A DNA stretch of 64,000 bases from NCBI RefSeq assembly GCF_006345805.1, contig NC_043011.1, positions 57,734,464-57,798,463 of the forward strand, read 5' to 3'. The DNA is from Octopus sinensis. Lineage: Eukaryota. The notes under the pieces were generated by a model that did no database searches, had not been told where the DNA came from, and saw only the letters and a program-made list of their open reading frames with translations. Numbering within the stretch: position 1 is the stretch's first letter; every line of letters begins with the position of its first letter. Of the stretch, positions 51,179 to 63,140 are shown piece after piece. A program made the position numbers and the translations under genes.

Positions 51179-51489
51179 AATGCAGCTAGTTTTTGTTTTG
51201 TTTTTGTACTTAGTAGATGTAAAACTGAAGAAAGACTGTTTCCGAAACGTTGGCAAGTACACGGTTTTGAGTAGGAGAAGGATTCAGTTATTTGATCAGT
51301 GGAGACATTTGCTCATTGATATAGTTGACTAAGATCAAAGTGTAGGATCATTCTAATTCTTTCACACTCAATGATTCCTCGGTAGTCACGCTTTATTAAC
51401 ACAATTCCCGGGAGGGACTTCATTACATACAGCATGACAAACCCGCTGCGTCCTTGTAGTAGGGATCCACTCAGTTCACGGCCTTTCGT

Positions 51490-51645
51490 ACTATTTACGT
51501 ATACTAAATCCACTCACAAGGCTCAGGTCGACTTGAAGCTATAGTAGGAGACACTAGTCCGAGGTGCCACGTAGTGGGACTGAACTCGAAAGCATGTGGT
51601 TGAGAGGCAAGCTTCTTACCACACAGCCCCGACTGCACCTATATA
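51490..51645 (-). mobile_element. SINE family C
   Basis: Reverse complement GGTGCAGTCGGGGCTGTGTGGTAAGAAGCTTGCCTC...CAGTCCCACTACGTGGCACCTCGG. Confidence 0.8.
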
Positions 51646-52219
51646 TTCCGATTAATCTTTCCAACTCTAAACGTTCTATGCAACAAGCGATACAAAATGT
51701 CACAAGAGTTTTCTTAAATAATTGTTAATTTTTCTTTTGTTCTAAAAACTAAGAAGTCGGAAAAGTTTATACTTGGAAGTACGAAAAACTTTTGCTGAGA
51801 CATGATTCCGTTTTTGGATTAGTTATATAAAATTATATAATATTTTTACAGAAAAATTTTTTTTATTTGTTCTCAAAATTCTGATTTGTGGGGAAAAAAA
51901 TGTTCGACTGTGACTAAGGAGTTTGGTTGATTATTAAATTGAGACTGGATATGTTTCGTGAACTAACGTGATCTTATTAACAGCCAGCATGCAACCCTTC
52001 CATTTACAATACCGTGCGCCGATATTATACATATCATAACGTATTTTTTCCTTTTACTTAATTAAAGCACACCATTCGCTGAACATTAACAGGCAGGTCT
52101 TTTTATATACATAAAACATTTAATATATCTTACATGTTTGGATGCTCCAGAATCGTGCGTTTGGCATGCGATATGCTCAAATATTGACTGTTATTGTCAT
52201 TGATAATAATATACTGATG

Positions 52220-52445
52220 TTTACTGATATATAAGGCAACAAGCTGGTAGAGTCGTTAGCAGGCCGAGCAAAAGGCATAGCGGTATTTCGTCCGTGTGCA
52301 CGTTCTGAGTTCAAATTCCGCTGAGGTCGACTTTGACTTTCATCCTTTCGGGGGCGACAAAATAAATACGAGTTGAATACTGTGCTCAATGTAACCGACT
52401 TACCATCTCCTCCAAAAGTGCTGGCCTTGTTTCAAAATTTGAAAC
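52220..52445 (+). mobile_element. SINE family A
   Basis: Head, B box, core and tail present. Confidence 0.85.
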
Positions 52446-52699
52446 CGACACTTACCGATACCTGCACATACACCCATCACCTATTTTCCTGTCTTTGATC
52501 ACATTGATTACTTAGCCGTATGTAAATTTTATTGAAAATCTGTAGCGAGAAATTCAATCTGATATTTGTTTTATGGAAATACTCTGTACGTTTTCATATA
52601 TCAATTAATCTAAGGTTTGCTATCTGAAACCCAAACATATCGTTAGCGCAAATTTTCGTCGGAAGTATGTCGTATATGTTCAAAAAAAGAGAAAAGAAT

Positions 52700-52925
52700 C
52701 TAAGGATCGCATCACCTTTAAACGGAGTCTGGACAGATTTCTTCAAGGAATACCGGATAAGCCACCCATACCTGGATACAACTCACTCAACAAGAACTCA
52801 TTACTTAATTGGACCATAAACAAAACTTGACTTAAAAAAGATTTAGATAATCCTATCATGTAGTGCTATTAAGTTAGACATGGTCTGGACCAATCTTTGG
52901 TCGAAACATGTCTAAGTTTTATCTA
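52700..52925 (+). mobile_element. CR1-like LINE 3' end
   Basis: KDRITFKRSLDRFLQGIPDKPPIPGYNSLNKNSLLNW*, followed by a terminal stem-loop and (TA)n/(TG)n. Confidence 0.7.
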
Positions 52926-52929
52926 AGGT

Positions 52930-52985
<56 letters not shown>

Positions 52986-53004
52986 TTTGTGTGTGTGTGT
53001 GTAG

Positions 53005-53349
53005 GTGCAGGCATGGCTGTGTGGTAAGAAACTTGCTTCCCAACCACATGGCTCTGCGTTCAGTCCCACTGCATGACACCTTGGGCAAGTGTCTTCTACT
53101 TTAACCTTGTGAGTGGTTTTGGTAGACGGAAACTGAAAGAAGCCCGTCGTATACATATGTGTGTGTGAGTGTGTGATTGTTTGTGTGTGTGTTTGAGTTT
53201 GTGTTTGCCCTACCCCCTTACTACCGCTTGACAACTGGCGCTGATGTGTTTGAGTTTCGGCAAAATAGCCCGATATAATATGCATCAGGCTAAAAAGGCG
53301 TTGCCCCAGCATGGTCTCACTTTAATGACTGGTACAAGTAAGAGATAAA

Positions 53350-53350
<1 letters not shown>
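53005..53350 (+). mobile_element. SINE family C with RTE-like tail
   Basis: GGCATGGCTGTGTGGTAAGAAACTTGCTTCCCAACC...CCTTGGGCAAGTGTCTT...GTAGACGGAAACTGAAAGAAGCCCGTCG. Confidence 0.88.
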
Positions 53351-53384
<34 letters not shown>

Positions 53385-53386
<2 letters not shown>

Positions 53387-53547
53387 TATAAGAGGGAATT
53401 TTTTATCCACTATGTGGAAACCCTTACGCTAGAAGAAGATCCGCTATGGTCGTAGCCACTAAGAATTGTTCTTCAGAAAAATTTAGTACACCAGAAACAT
53501 AAGCGGATCTTCTTCTAGCGTAAGAATAAAAAGTTCCCTCTTATATT
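53385..53547. repeat. Foldback / MITE-like inverted repeat
   Basis: Perfect 23-bp IR (53423-53445 / 53502-53524) plus an outer ~22-bp IR (53385-53406 / 53526-53547). Confidence 0.8.
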
Positions 53548-53658
53548 TATATATGAATTACTATTTACTGAATCTCAGTTTTTATACGCTAGACCACTGG
53601 TGTTAAAATTGATGTTATCAATTAATATCCAATTTTACACCTTCAATTTGACTATATA

Positions 53659-53698
<40 letters not shown>

Positions 53699-54903
53699 TA
53701 ATATATATAATATATATGTGTGTATGTATATATATATATGTATATATATATATATCAGTGTATGTTTGTGTTTTCAGATTGCACTACACTACACACACAA
53801 ACTCACAGAGTAGCACTTATGACTACATCCATTGTGCAACAAACCCACGTATGTACACATATCTATACACGGGCACATTTGTACAGATCTATATCGGTTT
53901 GTCAGTCAGAGAGTACGCGCGCATGCGTACTGGCTGAAATAGAAACCTCTCTCTCTATATATAAAATAAATAAATTACGAATTGAAAGCGGTTCTCGTAA
54001 ACTATATCGGTCGCACATACATAGTGTATGTGTTTTGTTTATACACCAGTTTGCTGCGGAGTAGCGCCTAGAGAAACCTGCCCTACACAACGTCGACTGT
54101 TACAGAACGCCTGAATGCCACAGACCAGTAAAGACTGCTTGCCTCAGAATCACCAGGAATGGTAGATATCGATACTATGCCGTTGTTATTAATCTCAAAA
54201 TAAAACCTTCCCCAGCACGCTATCATGCTGCAAATTCTGGCGTATAAACAAAACATAATATATATGTGCGACCGATAATATAATAAATGAAAATATCCAT
54301 TTACCCGCTTTATGAAACACTGGTTTATCAAAGGAAGACTATAAGAGTCTTATCTTATTTTTGTCGAAAGAATATCATCTCAATTTCTGTAAATGAAGAT
54401 TGTTTGACCAATGAATTTAACGGAGATAAATGTGTCGTACTGGAAATCCATTTCACGAATTACATTAAAACCTCAACAGCTTAAATGATGATTTGTTAAA
54501 TTTTGCTTAAGTGTCCTTAAACTCAGCGGAAATATTACGAATGAAAATTATTGAAGTATGCAGTTTAATTAATGAGACACGTGTCATAACAAAAGAAAAA
54601 GAAAAAAAAAAGAAAGGCAAAAATTACAGATACAATATTTCCAATAATGAAACCAAGTAAAGTAATTAAAATCTGGAAGTGAGTCAAGTCAAAAGTGCCT
54701 GGAAACCAATGAATGCATTGTTGCACATGCGTTGAGTGGTTGTTTTGATATGTTTAGGAAAATCTATTTCTCAGCAAATTTTAGAATCTACCATTTCGTT
54801 GAGAATGGAATCTTCAAGTAGGCACATTCTTTATAAAGTTGAAGATATTTAGTAAATACTGATCTAATCCACCCCCACACACCTATATATACATATATAT
54901 ATA

Positions 54904-54993
<90 letters not shown>

Positions 54994-55112
54994 TATATCT
55001 ATAATTTATATATATATATATTACACACACACACATATATATTATATATATATGTATATTTTATAAAAATATTATATTATATATGTATATATTATATATA
55101 TATTATATATAT

Positions 55113-55265
55113 AAATTTATATAACTAAGGATGAGATCGTTAATTTAAAAGTAAAATAACAATTTTATCAAGTGTGTACATGGAAAAAATAGTCTTCAAA
55201 GGTAATAATTATTAAAATTATAAATTAGGGTATCTTCGAGATGCCAACATGCTGAAAATAGCAGC
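55113..55265 (+). mobile_element. Partial copy of the MITE-like element at 55605
   Basis: Direct similarity, e.g. CATGGAAAAAATA..CTTCAAAGGTAATAATTATTAAAATTATAAATTAGGGTATC. Confidence 0.8.
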
Positions 55266-55604
55266 CATGATCTGACTCTAAAGCCACCTTAATTGTCCAT
55301 ATATCAACACGGAGAGAAAGCAAAGAGACAAAATGAAACTAGTAAAAAATTACTGGATAATTCTAGATCCCGGATTTCTGACTTTGCATTTAGGAATGCT
55401 TTGCCTCGTCAGTAGAATACACACAGAAGAGAAACATAAATACATATATATATAAATACAACATACGAATACTTACATATATGAACGTATACCTACATAT
55501 ATTTGCACGTATGCATCATGGCCAGTTCAAAATGCCCACCGCTTAATTCCATGTGAGATATGGTCAAAATATCGCCGCAGTAAATACAGTGACGAAATAA
55601 ATTT

Positions 55605-55859
55605 AAATTTATATAAATAAGGATAAGATCCTTCATCTAAAAATAAAATAACGATTTGATCAAGTGGTTAGCATGGAAAAAATAACCTTCAAAGGTAATA
55701 ATTATTAAAATTATAAATTAGGGTATCCACGAGATACCAACATGCTGAATATAGCAATTTTAATATTACATTTGAAGGTTACTTTTTCCATGCTGACCAC
55801 TTGATAAAATCGTTATTTTATTTTTAAATTAACGATCTTTTCCTCATTTATATAAATTT
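55605..55859. mobile_element. MITE-like element with ~95-bp imperfect TIRs
   Basis: Left arm AAATTTATATAAATAAGG...CCTTCAAAGGTAATA mirrors right arm TATTACATTTGAAGG...CATTTATATAAATTT. Confidence 0.75.
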
Positions 55860-55930
55860 CTACAGCTGGATGCTCTTCCAAACACTAACCACTCCGAGAG
55901 TGTAGTGGGTGAATTTACGTGCCACAGTCC
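55860..55930 (-). mobile_element. RTE-like repeat fragment
   Basis: CTACAGCTGGATGCTCTTCC...CCACTCCGAGAGTGTA, as at 59415-59465. Confidence 0.7.
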
Positions 55931-56655
55931 TACCATACGCACAACATCGTTGTACGCTGATGAAGATCTTGTTTCACGCGCGATGTCGCTTATTTACCGG
56001 GACTAAACCATTCCTTACGCTGCATCATATTGATGTACATGCACCATATTCCGTCGCCAGTAACGATTCGGTAAAGAAATCGTTGCTTGTGTCCATGAGT
56101 TGAGCGGTGACGAGCAAGCAAACCAGCGGAGATTGTGGCTTTGCTGATTTTTGTTGTCACTTAAAGCATACGGAATCCTTGTTCTATACTTCTGAACCTT
56201 TCCCATCGAGTGAAGATGCTTCTCTATAGCAGTGTGGGAGCATTCCATTTTCTCTGTCAGTTCCTGTGTCGTCTGACGAGAATTTTCGTGCAAAAGTTGG
56301 TTTAATCGGTCTTCATCGAACTCAACTGGACGGCCAGAACGAGGTGCGTCTTTGAGGTTAAAATATCCACTTCTGAACTTGACATACCAAACACAAGAGG
56401 TTCTTTCATCTATGGTACGCTCTCCATACAGAGCACAATTGTCGCGAGCAGCTTTTGCGGCCTTAGAACCTTCATTAAAAGCAAAAAGAAGGAGGTGTCG
56501 AAAATGCTCAATTCCATTTTAATGATCTGAAAATAAACGAAAATCAACTAAAAATAAGTAAAAAAAAAGAAAACAAAATAGATTCCAAAATTTAAAAACG
56601 CAATAAATTTCAAAATTTTAAAAAACCGTGGAAAGTTAGTTGTCAAATCAACATA
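55925..56655 (-). mobile_element. Mariner transposon 5' half (HTH + start of DDD domain) with left TIR
   Basis: IEHFRHLLLFAFNEGSKAAKAARD...KFRSGYFNLKDAPRSGRPVEFDED...ENSRQTTQEL...RFLYRIVTGD; TIR-like TTGACAACTAACTTTCCACGG near 56625-56650. Confidence 0.88.
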
Positions 56656-57252
56656 TTATATATATACATATATTGGTAGAAAAGGCAAGACAACAAAAGA
56701 ATGAAAGAGACCTCGATATTATGTAAATAGAGGAATTTAGCTGTAAATATAATATGTGACAAATATCTGGTAGCCATGATAAAACTCCGAGTTCCGGATG
56801 TCGGGGCGGAAACCCACGCCGGCATCTCTTCATTTATCGGGCCATCGAAAAAATTTTATGAAAATGACCGCTAAAACAAAGGGAAATTACTGTGTCATTG
56901 ACCGTTATTAAGACAAAAGGGCTATATGAATGACCGCTAAGTAAGGAGAGAGAGAGTAAAGGTAAGGGATATAATAAATATCCGATGAAGGGATATGATA
57001 AATATCCTGGAAACAGCTGTAAGACCTATTTATAAAAGTTCCAAAATCTTCACAGCCTTGGTTTTTTTTTATCTCATTCTGAAAAAAAAAACAATTTTTT
57101 TAATATATACACACGCTGGTATATGATTTAAGTTAGACTCCTTATTCGCATAATCGCCGAACCTGGAGCTTAACTATGGTCGATCCATAGCGATTACTCA
57201 GCATTGCCTGACACCTTTGGGTCTTATTGACACCATTACCTCTCATCACCTC

Positions 57253-57288
<36 letters not shown>

Positions 57289-57466
57289 CATACATACATA
57301 TATATACATACATATGTATATATCTATATATATATAGATAGATATATACATATCTATACATCTATATATATGGTTATATACATATATACATATGTATATA
57401 CCTATCTATATATCAATCTATCTATCTGTCTTTCTATCTATCTATATACATTTGTATATATATATG

Positions 57467-57504
<38 letters not shown>

Positions 57505-57967
57505 AAGAGAGAGATAGAGAGAGATAGATATATTTGCATATCTATATATATATAGGCATATATATACATGCACATATGTATACATATATACATACATAGA
57601 TTATATATATATAATGGTGAATATGTGTATATATAATATTAGCAAGTGATAGAGAACAAATTCTCTTCGTCACTGTTTCCCGGAATGCCTGGACATCAAA
57701 ATGATTATTTTTTCAGCAGGAGTCACCAGTCATAATTACTCTTTCGTAAAAGCAATTTATTTTAATTACGCTGAGAAATTTGGTCTAGTTTTGTTTGGAG
57801 AGTCCCATTCACACAAAAATGTACAGAAAGATATGTAGTTCATTGTATGCTTAGAATATGGGCGTAGATACAGACGCAGTCACACACACACACACACACA
57901 CACACGCAGATAAACAAGCAAGAATTGTCATGCATATAGCTATAAACATACATACATCATACATAAA

Positions 57968-58255
57968 GCGGCTAGCTGGCAGAATCGTTAGCACGCTGGG
58001 CGAAATGCGTAGCCGTATTTCGCCTGCCGTTACATTCTGAGTTCAAATTCCGCCGAGGTCGACTTTGCCTTTCATCCTTAATCGACTTAATCCCTTGTTT
58101 GTCCCCTCGCCGAGGTCGACTTTGCCTTTTATCCTTTCGGGGTCGATAAATTAAGTTCCAGTTACGCACTGGGGTCAATGTAATCGGCTTAATCCCGTTG
58201 TCTGTCTTTGTTTGTCCCCTCTATGTTTAGCCCCTTGTAGGCAATAAAGAAATAT
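57968..58255 (+). mobile_element. SINE family A with internal duplication
   Basis: CGCCGAGGTCGACTTTGCCTTT occurs twice. Confidence 0.88.
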
Positions 58256-58844
58256 ATATGTAGCAACGTATAAGTACGAAAACATCAATATATATTCGAT
58301 AAATGAACGGAATAACAGTATAGCAATCAGTATTTTTAAAAACTGTGACTTCGAATTTCAATCTGAATTCGAACCGCGCATATTCTGCATTATAAGATGC
58401 CAAGTGTGGTACGCTGGTGTTAACTTGTTAGGTTCCATGCCATAGCGCCAAGGATGGCAGAGGAAAACCAAAATATCTACCAAGAGTCTGATATGCTACT
58501 TTCTACGTTGTTGTGGAATCTATTTATTTCAGGAAATTTTTTCGAAGAACTGTCCTCTTTTGGAAATTGATTTTACTCAAAACTTTCAAATACAAACAGA
58601 AAAAAGTGAAACTAAAATACAAAAACAACAAAAAACAGAAGAAAAAATACAAACTAAACTTATAATTATGGTTTTCCAAAAACATGGTTTATATTCTGAC
58701 TAAATTAACAGCTGAGACTTTCAATATTAAATAATAATTTGATTAATAAAGCGCCGTTTTATACACTGATAGAATATACTGTTATTTTTTAGTCTTAGCT
58801 AAAATCTATCCTTTCATATTTTTGTTTATTTTTTTTTTCTTATA

Positions 58845-59010
58845 TCATGGCTGCCGGGTTAAGAAACTCGCCTTTGCAATATATAGCTTCACGTTCAGTC
58901 GTACAGCTTGAGCAAATGTCTTCTATTGTAATAATGGCACCAGCCCGACCAATGCCTGTGGGGGGTGGACTTGGTAAACGGAAACCGTGTGAAATGTGAA
59001 ATCCCGTCGT
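58845..59010 (+). mobile_element. SINE family C (diverged)
   Basis: CATGGCTGCCGGGTTAAGAAACTCGC...TTGAGCAAATGTCTTCTA...AAACGGAAAC. Confidence 0.7.
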
Positions 59011-59014
59011 ATAT

Positions 59015-59065
<51 letters not shown>

Positions 59066-59261
59066 CTGTAGAAAAAAAGTACTTGATGTGATAGAAGAAA
59101 ACTGAGTGTAGTTTTGAAATCAGCCAATTCTAGCCTAAATCAAGTGAAAGGCAAACTCAACGGAAATTATGGTCAAAATTGTTCTCCTGTGTTATCTGCT
59201 GCGCCGACATTTCCGTTGAACAGTCTAATCACAGCTTGTCTGGAATCATATCTTATGTCTC

Positions 59262-59580
59262 TCATCATCATCATCATCATCATCATCATCGTCGTCGTCG
59301 TCGTCGTTGTCGTCGTTTAACGTCCGCTTTCCAAGCCAGCATGGGTTGGACGATTTTGACTGAGGGCTGGCGAACCAGATGGCTGCACCAGGCCCCAATC
59401 TTGATCTGGCAGAATTTCTACAGCTGGATGCTCTTCCTAACGTCAACCACTCCGAGAGTGTATTGGGTGCTTTTTACGTGCCACTGGCACGGGGGCCAGT
59501 CAGGCGGTACTGGCAACGGCCACGTTCAATTGGTGCTTTTTATGTGCCACCTGCACAGGAGAAAAAAAGCACCATTCTTT
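59262..59580 (-). mobile_element. RTE-like LINE or non-autonomous 3' end with (ATG)n/(ACG)n tail
   Basis: (CAT)n(CGT)n-TTTAACGTCCGCTTTCCAAGCCAGCATGGGTTGGACG...CTACAGCTGGATGC. Confidence 0.7.
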
Positions 59581-59597
59581 CTTGGGAATTATGTTAA

Positions 59598-59815
59598 CCC
59601 AATGCATAACGTCCAGAAAAATGAACGCAGGAAAAATTACTATTCTTTGTTAAGTAAACAACCTATTAAGCTTATTTTTGGTATAGTCTGCCTCTAAACA
59701 AGTTCTCTATGATTGAGCAGGCGCACTATACAAACAAACCAACGATACACACGTACGAAATAAGAAATAGTAATTTTTCCTGCGTCTATTCTTCTGGACG
59801 ATCTGCATTAATGGT
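59598..59815. mobile_element. piggyBac-like MITE (TTAA-flanked, ~55-bp imperfect TIRs)
   Basis: TTAA|CCCAATGCA...CGTCCAGAA...ACGCAGGAAAAATTACTATT, with its inverted copy ending GGT|TTAA. Confidence 0.7.
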
Positions 59816-60134
59816 TTAAGGATATAACGTGACATACCATGGGAATTAGTTAACTAGTCACAGAACAGGCTGTTCCGTTCATCTAACAATTGGAACATTC
59901 ATCCTGAAAGCCAACGGCGACCCATTTCATCCTCCAAGGATTAAGGGCCAAGTTGGCCATACACAGAACTGAGTCTAGAACGTGAAGCTAATGATCGTTA
60001 GACATTATGTTAGCATCACGTGCGAAATCTTCCAAGGTTAATATAACAAAATAACAAAATTGCTTCGAAAGAGGGAACCCCTGAGATTATGGAAACAAAC
60101 AAACAAAAATAGTAATAAATAAATAAATAAATAA

Positions 60135-60265
60135 GGAGTGGATGTGTGATAAAAAGCTTGTTTCTCAATGTCATGGTTCCGGGTTCAGTCGCCCTGCGTG
60201 GCACCTTGGACAAGTGTCTTCAACTATAGCCTTGGGCCGACCAAAGCCTTGTGAGTAGATTTGGT

Positions 60266-60298
<33 letters not shown>

Positions 60299-60525
60299 TA
60301 TATATTTATGTAGTATGTATTTGTGTGTCTGTATTTGTTCCCCACCATGCTTGACAACCGATGTTGGTGTGTTTACGTGCTCATAACTTAGCGGTTCGGC
60401 AAAAGAGACTGATGGAATAAGTACTAGGCTTACAAAAAAATAAGCCCCGGGATCGATTTGTTCGACTAAAGTCGGTGCTCCAGCATGGCTGCGGTCAAAT
60501 GACTGAAACAAGTAGAAGAATAAAA
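60135..60525 (+). mobile_element. SINE family C with RTE-like tail
   Basis: GGTTCCGGGTTCAGTC...GGCACCTTGGACAAGTGTCTT...GGTGCTCCAGCATGGCTGCGGTCAAATGACTGAAACAAG. Confidence 0.85.
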
Positions 60526-60610
60526 GAAAAAGGATTTTGATTTTACAATTGTTTTCGAAAAGTTTAGTTTATTTTATATTCTTTGGGAAATGAAGGAAAA
60601 TAAAGACATA

Positions 60611-61117
60611 TCTATATATATAAAACTCTAGTTGTGTGAGTGTCTGTCCCCTTCGATTTAGATTCCTAACTCCTCCCACATTTTGCGGTGCAGTTTAACC
60701 AAATTCGGGTATCTTATAGTCGTGATTCATATCGAGCCCGTCTGACTATTAGCGCGCGTCAACGATGAGTCTACGATTTTAAAAATAATTTAACATAATT
60801 TTTTATTCCATTTTAATGCATAAAATGCATCGTATGTCGATGGCGGCGGAGTTGGCGTCCACGCTCACAGCTGCACCTGTTTGCTTCTCCCCCTTCCCTC
60901 CCTCGTGAAGCTGTGGGGAAGGGAGTGTAAAGAAATCAAACGTCGTAATGCGTTGTGAAGGAAACCAGCGTTCTTTTACAACAACGACTTCATGGCTTGA
61001 AGACACCAAAACAAAAATGGCTAAGAAAGCCCGAATTTATAAGGGAAGTAACTCTCTAAAAATGCTTATATAGTTATTTCCCTTACAAACCCGAGCAACG
61101 CCGGGCGATACTGCTAG
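60611..61117 (+). mobile_element. Non-autonomous Helitron, apparently complete (507 bp)
   Basis: A|TCTATATATATAAAA 5' end; subterminal hairpin CCCG-AGCAACGC-CGGG (61090-61105); CTAG|T 3' end; AT target with no TSD. Confidence 0.85.
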
Positions 61118-61574
61118 TTCCAATATAAAGTTGAGAAATTCTTACAGTTCCTGTATTTCGAAGAGAAGTGAAAGCAGGTGTTTCGGCAGGTGTTGCGTCT
61201 TGTATTATGCAAGGTTTTATTGCTAAGTAATAAGTGTCGGAGGAATATTCCTCTGCGAGGTTGGCATTCTCTGATTATTAATGACACCTCACAGAGACGC
61301 TACACATTAACAGACTTTCGAGGCAGCCATTTCTGTTCCGTTTTGATCTTTTTCCTGCGCCATCGATAAAGACCCCGTTTACATTGTAGGAAATCACACG
61401 TATACACATCCATACATACTCAAACACACACACACACACACACATATCCATACACACACTCAGAGACGCACCTTGCCTACGCACCGGTAGTCCCCCATCC
61501 CTCACCACTTTTACACCTACAAGTACACGCAGAGATACCCTCCAACATACAACCGGTAACACATGCGTGCCCAC

Positions 61575-61594
61575 GCGTCTATATATATATATAT

Positions 61595-61653
<59 letters not shown>

Positions 61654-61706
61654 CGTGTGTGTGTATGCATATATAAATACGTATCTACATATGCATGCTT
61701 ACATAC

Positions 61707-61763
<57 letters not shown>

Positions 61764-61836
61764 GCAATGTGCGTTTTTTATATGTAAAAGTGTGTGCATG
61801 TGTATGTATATATGTTGTATGTATGTATATATATAT

Positions 61837-61871
<35 letters not shown>

Positions 61872-61912
61872 ATGTATGTAAAAGTCTGTGCGTGTGTATG
61901 TATATATGTATG

Positions 61913-61990
<78 letters not shown>
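61575..61990. repeat. (TA)n/(TG)n compound microsatellite
   Basis: Read directly. Confidence 0.95.
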
Positions 61991-62339
61991 ATATACACGA
62001 ACACAAAGACAACCACACCCACATACTTATATCCTTCCTCTGATGACATCAGATAATGGCGAAGTTCAAATATTAATGAAAGTAAAACGACTAAACTCTC
62101 GTTCTTCTTCACGTCGTTAACAATAAACATCACAAGTAGAAGGGCGTAGGAGGAGAAACAGTAGAATAGGAGGAGGTGGAGGTCAAAGAAGAGGTGTGAG
62201 TTTTAGACTTTGGAAGACGTCGGACGTCAGCAAGGCAAGCGTCTGGGAGGTCAGCAGTTCGTGTCCTGGAGAGGACGTTTTGCACTTTCTTCTAAATCTC
62301 AAAATGGTGTCTATTCAAAAAATTTTTTAGCCTGTTTTA

Positions 62340-62710
62340 TTTATTGGACTGTGGTCATGCTGGAGTAACGCCTTGAAGAGTTTTAATCAAAACAAATTGA
62401 TCTCATTACTTATTTTCTTAATTATGTCGGTCTCTTGTGCCGAACTGCTAGGTTAAGCAAACAAACCAATACCGTTTGCCAAGCGATGATGGGTGGACAT
62501 ACACAGATGCGAATCCCTCCCCCCACCCACACACATGTACACAATGGGCTGCTACACATTTTTCTGTCTACCAAATCCACTGACAAGGCATTGGTTGGCC
62601 TGAGGCTATTATAGTCAAAGAGACTTGCTTAAGGTGTTGTGGAGTGGCCTGATACTGGAAACCAGGTGGCTGCAAAGTGAACTTCTTAACCGTACAGCCA
62701 TACATGCTCT
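62340..62710 (-). mobile_element. SINE family C with tail (diverged)
   Basis: GACTGTGGTCATGCTGGAG...CCAAATCCACTGACAAGGC...GAACTTCTTAACCGTACAGCCATAC. Confidence 0.75.
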
Positions 62711-62761
62711 CATATTTAGTGATGCAAATAGGAATAGCTTTCCTCTGGAAGAAGTAGTAAT

Positions 62762-63140
62762 ACCTATTTCTTTACTACCCACAAGGGGCTAAACACAGAA
62801 AGGACAAACAAGGACAGACAAATGGATTAAGTCGATTACATCGACCCCAGTGCGTAACTGGTACTTAATTTATCGACCCCGAAAAGATGAAAGGCAAAGT
62901 CGACCTCGGCGGGATTTGAACTCAGAACGTAACGGCAGACGAAATACCTATTTCTTTACTACACACAAGAGGCTAAACACAGAGGGACAAACAAGGGCAG
63001 ACAAACGGATAAGTCGATTACATCGACCCCAGTGCGTAACTAGTACTTAATTTATCGACCCCGAAAGGATGAAAGGCAAAGTCGACCTCGGCGGAATTTG
63101 AACTCAGAACGTAACGGCAGACGTAACGGCTCGCCGCCTT
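62762..63140 (-). mobile_element. SINE family A dimer
   Basis: Two core+tail units joined at CAGACGAAATACCTATTTCTTTACTAC (~62937-62963). Confidence 0.9.

Noticed and set aside
62040-62075. CTGATGA at 62040 as a hammerhead
   Set aside because: It forms a simple CTGATG/CATCAG hairpin, with no stem II-GAAA-stem III arrangement.
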